A stretch of DNA of 63,268 bases from Camelus ferus (lineage: Eukaryota), in NCBI RefSeq assembly GCF_009834535.1, contig NC_045696.1, positions 122,390,001 through 122,453,268 of the forward strand, written 5' to 3'. Shown here piece after piece: positions 24,701 to 35,934 of this stretch. Under the pieces are notes generated by a model, which did no database searches, was not told the DNA's origin, and saw only the letters and a list, made by a program, of their open reading frames with translations. How positions within the stretch are numbered: the stretch's first letter is position 1; each line of letters begins with the position of its first letter. Made by a program: the position numbers and the translations under genes.

Positions 24701-27332
24701 TTCCTTTCCCCAAAAGCACCTATGCATGCAAACATAATTTTCACTCAATAATTGTATTTAGTAAAAGTTAGTATTTTAGAATATGTACTATGGGAGAAGG
24801 AAATAGAATATGTATTATATTTCAGAAACATTACAAATTGTTTTATAAATTGTATCTGTAAATATATATTTCAGTAAACAACAAATATTCTTTATGGGTA
24901 CCAATCAATATTTATTCAAAAATAAATACCTAAGCCTCAATTTTTATTGTTGTTGCTGTTTACATTTTAGTTTCACATTAGTCCTATATGAGATATCCTC
25001 TTACCTTAGCCAAATCTATTTTGTTTAACTAAATGCCACAGATGTTTTTCTAGTAAGCATGTGCATATGAGAAATGAGTTGTTCACAGTGTAGTTACTTG
25101 TAATACAAACAGCTATTTATAAATTATGTTTGATCACAGTCCTCTTTATATTGAAGGAAATATTGCAACCGTTTAGCATCGCTAGTGTTTGGTTACAAAA
25201 GATTCCCTATATTATTCATTCTGGTAATATTCTTAAGCAAGCTGAAACTGTTGATGAAGATGGAAATTGGCTGATAAATATAATGGTCACTTTAGAAGCA
25301 TGTTCAAATCTATCTTCTTGCTATCCTAATGAATATGGAAGTCTGCCCAGTGTGATTGGACTAAAAGGTCAGAGGCTTTGTAAAGTACAAATCTTCTTGC
25401 AAGGGCAGTAGCAGCAACTAGAATATAGATTGGAAAAAAAATACAATAAAACACTGTGAATATGTATGTATGTGTGTATGTATGTGCATATGGTCTGTAT
25501 ATACATACATTTATATGAAAAATTCAAAATAGTTAATAAAATATTGCAATATCATGTTCAAAACTAAACATGAGCTGCCTCTATGCATTATCTTTCGCTA
25601 TACATAACGTAAGAATTGTAAATTAGATGGCTGTGTTACATGTAGGAATTGTTAGGTTGTAATAAGCTCTTAGATTTTACAAAGCTTGCATTGTCATTAT
25701 GTAAGCAATTCTTTCAAATTAAAGTACTTACAAAGTATTTATCCATTAAACACGAACAGGAGAAATGTTCTGCTCCAAATTATTTTGATGCCTTCCCTAA
25801 AAAGTACTAGTACTGGATAAACAAATCTGTTTAAAAGAAAAAAACTCACCAAATTAAAAATGAGGGATTAGTAGTTAAGCCCTTTTTCATCCAATGGGCC
25901 ATGCTAAGCTATAGAAAATTAAGAACTATATATATAAATAAAATTTCCCAAAAGAATTTGACTTATTATTTAACTGTTTCTTCACTAATATGTAAGGAAA
26001 ACAAACAAAAAAGAAAAGAAAGGTTAAATTTGAAAACCACAAGTTTATTCTAAATTTTATGATTTAGGAAAGAAGTCATTCACTGAGAATTCAACAAGAC
26101 AAATTAGCTATGCTGTTTTATTTAGTTTTAGTTCATTGCTCTACTACATTAATTCTTTAAGAAGCTTGCATCTTAATTTCCTTGATGCTATTTACATTAA
26201 GAAAATGAGTAGGTGTTTAATGAAAAGAAGACAAATCAGTGTTAAATAGTAATTATCTAATTACTAGAGTAAGAGCACTTGATAGTTGCTTTCTGTGTAT
26301 AGTGTTGAATGGAAATAACAGTTTAAATGACAAACAAAACTGGATCTTCAACATTAGAATAATACAAAAGGGACTTCTGTAAAATAATAGTCTAATATTT
26401 TATAATTAAGTATGGAATAGATAGCATATCCAGAAAATAATCTTGATCCATGATATCCAGTCACTATATATTACTTTTAATTTTATTTAAAAGTAGTTTT
26501 TAAATAAAATGATTATTCAGTCCCCATTTTTTATCCCAAATCCTTTTAATATATAATATTCTGGAGAGCTGCATATCTGCAACTAAAAAAAATCAGATGT
26601 AAATCTATATTTAAATAATGAAAAAAACTATTAAACTATATAAGACATGAAAAAGAAGACAATCCAGCCCTTCAGACTTTAATTTTATTCATTAAGTGGT
26701 TGTTTATGACTATTGAATGCATGTTTGGCATTTCCATTCAACATCATGTTTATATGTAACTACTAAAACTTGTTCCCAAAGTATTAAGCATGAATACAAG
26801 CTTCTCTTTCAAACATTTGGCAAAATGGATAAAAACTAACATGCATAAGGGGGAAATATCACACATGCATCAGCCCTGAAATGATGGGTGGAAGCCAAAC
26901 TCATGACATAAACTTTGAAGAACTCTCACCAGGAAAAAAAAAGAAAAAAAATTAGATGAAATTTGGTTGAAGGAGGCATCCCAGTGAAGGCAGCAGAAAA
27001 TACCCTTGCAAAACCTTCACAAAAACCTTTAATTTAGAGGGAAAGGAGTTGGAAGCTAAGTTAGCCCATGAAACAGAAAGGAACCCAGTCAAGAAGAGTC
27101 ATTTTTGCCTCAATGGTCAACTTCATTACTGGTGGCAGAAAAAAAAATTGGGAGAGCCGATAGAGACACATCAAAAATGGAGGCTATAGAGTGCTCTTCT
27201 CCCTTAAAATCTTACCTATAGAGCAGATTTTACATTAATACATTTGCACAGAGGGTGAAATGGATCATGTGTAAACTAATACCTTATGAAATTGATCAAC
27301 CAAAGTAGAATTGAACCTTGGGAATACTGGTT

Positions 27333-27382
<50 letters not shown>
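27333..27382. repeat. Compound (A)n(TA)n microsatellite
   Basis: Directly visible. Confidence 0.95.
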
Positions 27383-27385
<3 letters not shown>

Positions 27386-27689
27386 CGTTCAGTCTGTTAC
27401 TGTAGAGATTTTCTTTTAACGTTTCACACCAGAGTATACCCTAATTTTATACGACATCTTATCCATCTTAAAAGAGCAAACGTTCAGTTCAAAAATATAT
27501 AGAGAGTAGTTCAAATAATAGTTTCATTTATTTTATGGTTATATTATAAATTATGTTTTTGCTATTTAAATTCAATAGTTCAATTAAAGAATAACTTTAC
27601 ATGTCCTGTAAGGGAGAAATCTAACAGCACGAAGATTTTTTTTTTAATTAGGAAACAAAAATGAATGGCATATTAAGATTACCACTAGT

Positions 27690-28030
27690 GGAAACTATAA
27701 CAATAAAAGGTGATGCTTCAAATCAATAAGTGAAAGGATGTATTTTGCAATAAATGATTTACGAAAAATTGACTTATTAAAATGCAAAATAAAATTGGTT
27801 AATTTCCTAAACTTAATAATATCAAAGTATATTCCAAATGTATTTAACATATAATTATCAAAGAATCCCTAAAATATCAAATACAAGGTAAATGTGCATA
27901 ATTTAGTTTGGGTGAAATTTTTCTAAGAAAAATATCACAAGCAAATATTTAAAGGAAAATATTGATCTTCTCTACTGTAACAAAGTAATAAATCCAGTTG
28001 CCAATAAAAATAATAAAATTTAAATGATAA
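27690..28030 (+). mobile_element. Highly decayed L1ME-type ORF2 fragment
   Basis: AAAAGGTGATGCTTCAAATCAATAAGTGAAAGGATG..TTTGCAATAAATG and AAAGGAAAATATTGAT motifs. Confidence 0.4.
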
Positions 28031-29835
28031 ACTAAGATATTCTGAGCCCATAGAAACAAGTATGATTTGATTGACTTGAATAAGTGTCATAAATGGTAAA
28101 TCTGCGAAACATATAGTACAATTGATTAGTTTGAAATCAATGAATCAACCTCATTATTTGAATCAAATAATATAATAGATTGTTTTGATTTTAAAACATT
28201 GTTTGATGGTAAAAATAATTTACATATATTAATTCTTTTCATTCTTGCGCAAATGAGGAAACCAAAACACAAGGACTTCAATTCTATATATTTAAACAAT
28301 GGAACAACGAAATGGAGCAGAATATTATAGATTCTGGCAAGACATCCCTTCCTCTAAAAAAAAAAAAAAGCTATTTTTATGTGAAAGATAAATCTGGACG
28401 TGGGATGCCCTGCAAACCTGTTCCAGAACATTTGTTCACAGTCCTCTTCTCTTTATATCTTTGGATTTCTCATCTCTTATTCAGTTTCACAGTTTCCCCA
28501 CTTGTTTTCTTCCAAAAATAAAAAAGAAAAAATGGTCTTATTTACCCTGAAATACAAATATTCTTTATTCTACCCCTGATGAAAATAACACTAATGTTTC
28601 TTTCTGAATGCACGAACCAGATTTATTTTTATCAAAACCATTTTTTGTTGAATTCTGGAGAAGTTAGTAGCTCCTTCTGTAAAACTTAGGGGATCTGGTA
28701 AGATAATTTTCTAAACATTAAAATAGTAAATGCTCTTTTGGAAAGTCAAAACCCAGTGTGAAAATACTGGAAATAAATAGTGTTAAAAAAGGGAAACTAA
28801 ACAACAGAAGATCATAATGTTCTTCCAACTTTGTAAATTTAGGGTGAGCATGTAAGTCAACCAGAGCCTATAGAAATAAAGAGTTGTTTGCTGGAATCTC
28901 TGATAAATTTGCTTGATACCTGAGCCTCTTTCTCTTTACAGCACATTCTATAGCTTGCTCAGATCAAAATCTGTTTTATAAACATCTTCCTACCTAGTGT
29001 GTTCAGTAGTTGTAGTATTTTACTGTTGAGTCACTGTTTGCGCATCCGTGAAAGATACTACAGTTGACCACTATTGCTCTAAACTGTAAATTAGCTTTGA
29101 AATGTTTGCTCTGGAGTGTGTCCCTCAAACTGGGAAGTATTTCACCAATATTGTAAATTAGTGTATAATATCTTTTGGAATGTTTTCATTTAAAAGTTAT
29201 TTCTTTTCCTCCCATATTTATGCAATGATACAAATTGAGTTCATAGTGAAAATTAATGTCATGTTCTCTAATCTTCCATGATCTGTAATCTAGGGATGTT
29301 AGAAATTTACCTGGAGGAAGTGACAGTAATAAGAAAAAATGTTTAATGTAAATGAATGAAAACAATAATCCAAACACATTTGATTTCATTTGTAATTATG
29401 CTTTATGTCCTTATTAGTGGAAAAGACATTGAAAACATTATCATTAAAAGGAAAAATAAATACTCCCATCTGTTCTTTCTCACAGCAAGTATCGTGATCT
29501 TGCACATGGTAGGGGGAGCCGGATTTATGTGTGGGGCACATATTAGCTTCACCAGGTTATTTCAATACTCACATCTCATTTTAAATATAAGGATAAAGTA
29601 GAACATCAGGCTTTTTAACTTACAAATAGAAAATTTAGGGACTTGGATTTTTTACCTCTAACTCCAAATAATAGCAAAAAGTCTGTTAATATTAAAGAGA
29701 TGGCCCTTTATGTTTAACTCATAAACTATCTCCCATTAGAAAAATGAAATAATTATTTGACAGCCAAACACAGTTTTACAACAAGAAAAGTTAGACATTA
29801 TTGTTTAATTTGCATAAGTCTTTCTACTTTGCTGA

Positions 29836-30841
29836 TGTCAATCTAAAAAACAAGAGTGCAGTTCAAAAGACTAGGCATTATTTGGGATCACAGAAGTGAA
29901 ATTCGGAATGCACAGATTAGGTAGAAACCAAATAGTGTCCTCAATAATAGGAGAAGGGGCTCAGAGTTTTGTGGGAAAAAGAGAGGAAGTTGAGGTAAGT
30001 CGTTTTTTTTAGAAGAGTTAATTGCTGCAAGATGAGGTGATCCATCAGGCGAAGTGTCCATTGGTAAAAGATGAGGTAAAGCCAGCTTTGTATTTCCCTG
30101 ATTGGCTGGGTGAAGTGGTCACTAGGTATGAATTCATTTATTAGTCCTTTCAGTAAGATGTTCTCGTTTCTTTACTGACTTCTTGGAATGTAGGTGGTTT
30201 GGTCCAGTTTGGAGAAGGACATGCAAGGCAGTTCCTCTGGAATGGCTGCTCCAGTGGTTTTATTTGGCTCCACTCATGTTGTTACACCAAAAGGGGAGGC
30301 CCTTGCTTCTTGTCTCACCCAAAAGAGAATTCAGGTGAGAGATAAAAGCCTTGTGTAGTTAAAGATTTTAAAGATTTTATTAGCAAAGCAAAAGTACAAT
30401 TCCAAGAGCAGAAGGCAGGCTAATTGAGGAGAGGATGGCAGCCCTGGTCTTTGTTTGCCCCTTTTCTTGTACCCGTGTTTAGAGGTGGTCTCATGATTGA
30501 TTGACAGCTCTTGCACCTGGAGCGCTTAGTCATAGTCGTCCCCTTTTGTACATGTTCCTACCTATGATATACACAGAAAAACTCATGGTGGAGGGCCCTA
30601 AACCACAATGCTAATTATATTACAATGAGCATTGGGTCATGTCGGGTTAGGTCCTTGTCAACTACCCCAGTCTCACCCATCCGGTTCCAACCAGTTTCTT
30701 GCTGATATTCATTTAGAGGAAGTAAAGCCCCTTATGCTGAAGGTGGGATAATGCCATCTTCTAAACCATCCTCCATCTCCTCCACCTTATCAGACTGGTG
30801 CCCCCACTTATCTAACTGCCTAACAATGTCACCTTTTCACA
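29836..30841 (-). mobile_element. Older ERV1-type LTR interrupted near its end by the 30280-30825 LTR
   Basis: TG start (TGTCAATCTAAAA), LTR-like composition with GATTGGCT (CCAAT on minus), resumes after 30829 and ends TTTTCACA. No TSD found. Confidence 0.45.
30280..30825 (-). mobile_element. ERV1 solo LTR (family A, copy 1), TSD ATGT
   Basis: TGTTAC...CTAACTGCCTAACA termini; ATGT at 30276-30279 and 30826-30829; TTTATT (AATAAA on minus) at ~30376; homologous to 34448-34995. Confidence 0.9.
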
Positions 30842-31341
30842 TTTGAATTTATCTTTTCTTCCCTATTTCATTTAAATTCTAGATAAATGAAGATAAATTT
30901 TAATAAGCATCTAGCTGTATCTGCTTTTGATTTTATTTAATTCTTAGAGGGCACTTAAAACACATCTTACAAGGGAAACAGGGAGAATAAAATTCTCGTT
31001 AATTTCCTGCACATTTTCATAAGGAAGCAAAGGGGATTCTCAAAAGAATGCATTATTTCTTTATTGCACCCAAGACTTGTAAATAATTGTGGAATAGCAC
31101 TGAAGGTAACTTTGTCCTAGATTGTTGTGGCTTGATTTGTACTATATTATTAACATCGTTGTTAATTTTTAGGTTTTTTAGGAATAGATTAATATTTCTA
31201 CTTATGTGGCAATAGTATCACAGGAATGTAAATACCCAGATGTACCATAATCTGTGGCAGAATAATCCCAACAATGGATTTGAGTTGAAAAGGAGCCTCA
31301 CCAACTTCTTCCCCAATTTTAGGCAGCTCCCCTTACACTCT

Positions 31342-31654
31342 TTTTTTTTTTAAACTAAAGTATAGTTGATTTACAATATTATATTAGTTTTAGGAATGCA
31401 AAATATTGACTCAGTATTTAAAGTTATTACAAAATAATAATGGCTCTAGTTCCCTGTGCTGTACAATATATCCTTATTGCTTTTTTATTTTATACATAAT
31501 AGTTGTATCTTTTAATCCCATATCCCTATCTCATCCCTCCCCCCTTCTTTTTCCCACTAGTGTCCACTAGTTCTTCTGTATCTGTGAGTCTCTTTCTGTT
31601 TTGTTATACACATTCGTTTTATTTTTAGAGCCCCACATATAAGTAATAACATAG
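31342..31654 (-). mobile_element. 5'-truncated cetartiodactyl-type L1 3' end
   Basis: Poly-T then AAAGTATAGTTGATTTACAATATT...TTCCCTGTGCTGTACAATATATCC...TCTGTGAGTCT...CCACATATAAGT. Confidence 0.85.
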
Positions 31655-32559
31655 ATTCTTGATAAGAGCCATTGACAATAGCTCTCAATAGTTCATAAAA
31701 TGCTTGGCAAACTCAGGTAACACACCCTTTTCCTCATTTGCAACCTTGATTACTTCCTCTAAATTCTACTTTAAAAAAGTTGTCAACCACCCCAAATACT
31801 TTTTTCCTTGAGTTATGCACTATAGTCTAGGCAAAGTCTTTTGACATTTACAGATGCAAAGGGTATTCTGAATATAACCACATGGATTCACTAAAAGGAC
31901 AGTTTTAATTTTCATATATTTATATGTGTTTTATTTTCACTGTCAATTGAGAAAAAATAGTCACAGTTACCTCAGTAAAAACTATGTAATTAATGTAGTA
32001 TTTTTATTGCCAGAAGAAGCAGATATCATCATAAATTGACAGACTTTAAAATAATTTTATGTAGTGCATGAACCTAGCCAACAGAAAATTAACAAACAGT
32101 CAAAAACGCTATTCATAAGATTTACTATATTTTCATGATTTTAAGAAGCTAAGTTTATAAGGAATATCATTGATTTGATAACAGTTTTTATTAGCCTTAT
32201 TAACACAAGGTTTGAAGATGGTAATGCTAACACAGTAAAGTGATTTTAATTAAACACATTGATTGCACAATGCCTTCCAATTCTTGAGAAATTAATAATT
32301 GAAAAAATATATATGTATGTGAGAGGAAATATATTATTTCAAACTCAAAGTACAAGCTCAGCATAATCGTTCTAAAAAAAATTCATCTGTCATTAAAAGA
32401 AACATTGAAGTAGATATTTGTATGAATATGAGAACACAATGAAGAAGTGATAATAAAGATAAATTAATAATAAACTTATTTCCCCTTAGCAGAGAGTGTT
32501 TCATTTTTATGATTAATATTCATTGTTACTAATAATTAACAGTGCATGCTATTCTAAAT

Positions 32560-32800
32560 GTGGCCTAGTCATTGATCAAGGCAAAGAATGTGAATTATAA
32601 AGCTGGACTTTCAGCTCTAGACAGTTTGATGCAAGTACTTGAGGAAATCATTTTCATTTTCTCATCCTTAGTCTCCAGGTCTCCAAAATTAGTATAACTA
32701 TACCTGTAAAATCTATCTGAGGTCGTTGTTAATGTTAAATAATAAATGACAAACATGCTTTGCAATGTAAAATCTTTATCCAAACAATGTTTTATGCTAT
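32560..32800 (+). mobile_element. MIR-family SINE relic
   Basis: TGTGGCCTAGT head; core-like TTAGTCTCCAGGTCTCCAAAAT...GAGGTCGTTGTTAATGTTAAAT...ATGCTTTG. Confidence 0.45.
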
Positions 32801-32914
32801 CACTATACCATTAACAAAAGAAATAATAATACATACTTCAAGTTATTCAAACATAAAAAGGAGGCAATACTTGTGAAATTTCTAGCATGACTCACATAAT
32901 AAATATTCCATGAA

Positions 32915-33385
32915 TAAAAGTGACTCTTTGCCCCTTTCCTGTTTGCCCATTTCTGTTTCCTTCTAACCTTGAAAGAATCTATTAACCTGTTGATTGTTTT
33001 CCTAGATAAAAAAGATGTAAGAGTAGAGTTAAGTAGTTAAAGAATGACTAACTGTCTACCCACAACAGCCCCCTTAGCAATCCTGCAGGCAGATAATGCA
33101 GGCAATATAACATTGGAAGAGAGAGTAAGCCAGCCTGCATGCAATGGAGAATGACGCAGAACCGAACTTCCTGACTCAACGATTCACTAAGATTCTCCCC
33201 CTTCCCACCTTTTCCCTTTAAAACTATCATGGTTGAGCAAAATCTTCAGAGTTGGTGTCAGGACGAGTCTACCTTCTTCCTAGACTGCTGGCTTTTCTGA
33301 TTAAAGCATCTTTCCATTCTACTGACACTTGCCTCTTGATTATTGGCTTCTAAGCAGCAAGCAGACGAATCTGAATTTGGTAACA
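32915..33385 (+). mobile_element. ERV1 solo LTR (family B, copy 1; internally deleted relative to copy 2)
   Basis: Homologous to the reverse complement of 46520-47074 (CCTTTCCTGTTTGCCCA, TTAGCAATCCTGCAGG, CTGATTAAAGCA, TCTACTGACACTTGCCTCT); ends GGTAACA. Confidence 0.8.
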
Positions 33386-34384
33386 TAAGTTTCCTAAAGC
33401 ACATATGTTTGTGTATTTGTTGTGATTTTAAGTACTGAAAACCTTTATATATTGTACTATTTGATGTGTAAATACATTTCTAGATAAAAGCAATATTTTA
33501 TTATCCTTTTTAAAAAAGCATTTTGCAGTGCCTTAGTATTTAATTGCTTAGATTTTAGTTAGTGTTGACCCTGTGCTCTCAATTTTGCAAACAAATCAAT
33601 TATAAAATTATCAAGTAATGTATTAACTTTGTATAATAAAATATCATTTACTTAATATTTGTAAAGTTGGCATAATTTTTGAGCTTTGAATGAATAACTT
33701 CAAATTTTAGCTCAAATATTTTTAAGTTTCAGGCTGCTAGAGGACATTTTAAAAACTGCTACGTTCTAAATTGCAATTAATTTTTCTACCCCTTTGAGCA
33801 CATTTAAGTCTGAATTTGTTACTTTAATTAAACTGAATAATTCAAATATTAAATGAAACTCTGTAACCTCAACTAATTGAAAAATGAGTGGGCTGATTAC
33901 TGAATCTGATGACAGACTTCAAAGTGTATAGTTCCTATTAAATTCATATTTATTTCTAAACATATTTAAAAATTACATTCTTATGAACCTGAATTAAAAG
34001 GACAATTCTGACTTTTGGGTAAGTGTGTGTGCGTGTCTGTGTGTGTTAAAGTTAGACCATTCTATTGGGTTTTCTGCTTGATATTCATCACTTTCATGGA
34101 TCCTCAATAAAAATGCTCCTCAGATAAATTCCACCCTTCTTGATCAAAATGTGTAAGTTTCAGTCTTGAAAAGCATCATTGATTAAAATATGATTTTAAT
34201 AGTAAAGTTGAATTTGATTAAGTTAAGACTTTCATGTTTGAAAAATCTTAACTGAATTGATAAATGTATATGATGGATGGAAATGTCAGGAAAATATCTC
34301 TGTTGCTTTTGTTTTTAATTTCAGTGGTATTCAAATAGCTTGCCTAAATATGAACATGGCTGATTGAGAAACTGTTGTCTAAAG

Positions 34385-34427
<43 letters not shown>
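34385..34427. repeat. Compound (TA)n(GA)n microsatellite
   Basis: Directly visible. Confidence 0.95.
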
Positions 34428-34447
34428 GTGGATAATTATTATGGTTC

Positions 34448-34995
34448 TGTTACCCTAAAAGGTAAAGACCCTGATTCTTTTCATACCTGAAAGGCAAGTT
34501 TACAGTTGGGAGATGGTGGGTTGTGTAGCTAAAGATTTTAAAAGATTTATTTAAAAGGAAAGGAAAAGTACACCCCCAATAACGGGAGGCAGGCTGGTCC
34601 AAGGGAGGAAAAGTGGTGGCTTTTGTCGCCCCTTTCTCTTATACCCTTGCTTTGAGGTGGTCTTTTGATTGACTGATGGCTCTTGTCCCTGGAATGCTTA
34701 GTCACGTTTGGCCTCTTTGCAAATGTCCTTACCCATGATGTACACAGAAAAAAAACTATGTGGGGGGTGACTAAACTGAAACGTTAATTCTAATAAAATG
34801 AGCATTGTGTCTGTTTAAGTCCTTTCTGCTACTGCGCAGTCGTGGCTGTTGGGTTTTAACCAGTTTTTTCGCTGGCACTCACTTAGAAGAAGTCAGGTCC
34901 CTTTATGCTGGAGGCGGGCATAAGACCATCTTCCAGACCATCCTCCTCTCTTCCACCTATCTGCCTGGTGCCCCCACTTATCTAACTGCCTAACA
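34448..34995 (-). mobile_element. ERV1 solo LTR (family A, copy 2), TSD GTTC
   Basis: TGTTAC...CTAACTGCCTAACA termini; GTTC at 34444-34447 and 34996-34999. Confidence 0.9.
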
Positions 34996-35296
34996 GTTCC
35001 AGTAATATGAAAATATTAAATAATACAAAGCATTTGTCTTTTAACCTTCTTAATAAGAAAATCAATATATGTTAATTATTTACAATTTCATTAACATTAA
35101 CAACAATATAATTTAAGTTATATCCTCCCTCTCCTCCACCTATCTGCCTGGTGCCCCACTTATCTAACTACCTAACAGTTCCAGTAATATGAAAATATTA
35201 AATAATACAAAGCATTTGTCTTTTAACCTTCTTAATAAGAAAATCAATATATGTTAATTATTTACAATTCATTAACATTAAAATATAATTTAAGTT
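34940..35296. repeat. ~180-bp direct tandem duplication (34940-35119 / 35122-35296) spanning the LTR end, TSD and flank
   Basis: Near-identical blocks ATCCTCC...CTAACAGTTCCAGTAATATGAAAAT...ATATAATTTAAGTT. Confidence 0.93.
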
Positions 35297-35834
35297 CTGA
35301 TCCTCACAGTGAAATAAAAAAAGTTGTTAGATTTCTTTTTTCAATTTAGTAAATGGCCTAGTAAATCTTGTTCTCCATAAAAGGAGACTTTACCTTAGAT
35401 TTCTTTTTTATTGCCTTTAACCAAAAATATATCACCTTAGCTAGTTCTATTCCTTGTTCCTTTGTTAGAGTTAAATGATTTGTTTTATAAATACATATGT
35501 AAATGACCAAATACATTCCAAAAATAGCTGAGAATTTTTAAGTTCCTTTTGTTCCCTTATGTTTTTAATTTCATGTTACTAATTAGATCAGAGGGAAAAA
35601 ATATCAATGTACTATACCTATATGTAGAACTACTATAGGTCTTATAAAGTTCAGTTTTATTTACTACTTTTACATTTGATGATTCAAATCTAATTATAAA
35701 TGAAGCCAGCTGTTCCTGAGTATTGACTTTTGAGTACTAGATGTATTTCTTTGTGCATACCAGAGTTGCCTTGTAATCACCAGAACCATTCACCCAAGGT
35801 CTTACGAGGTTTCTTAGTTATTGGTACAATATTA

Positions 35835-35934
35835 NNNNNNNNNNNNNNNNNNNNNNNNNNNNNNNNNNNNNNNNNNNNNNNNNNNNNNNNNNNNNNNNNN
35901 NNNNNNNNNNNNNNNNNNNNNNNNNNNNNNNNNN
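35835..35934. other. Assembly gap (100 N)
   Basis: Run of exactly 100 N. Confidence 0.99.

Noticed and set aside
25130..25411. 93-aa ORF in unique sequence
   Set aside because: TTG start, no recognisable motif and no convincing splice context.
30280..34995. Single provirus bounded by the two family-A LTRs
   Set aside because: Each LTR has its own TSD and the interval lacks retroviral sequence.
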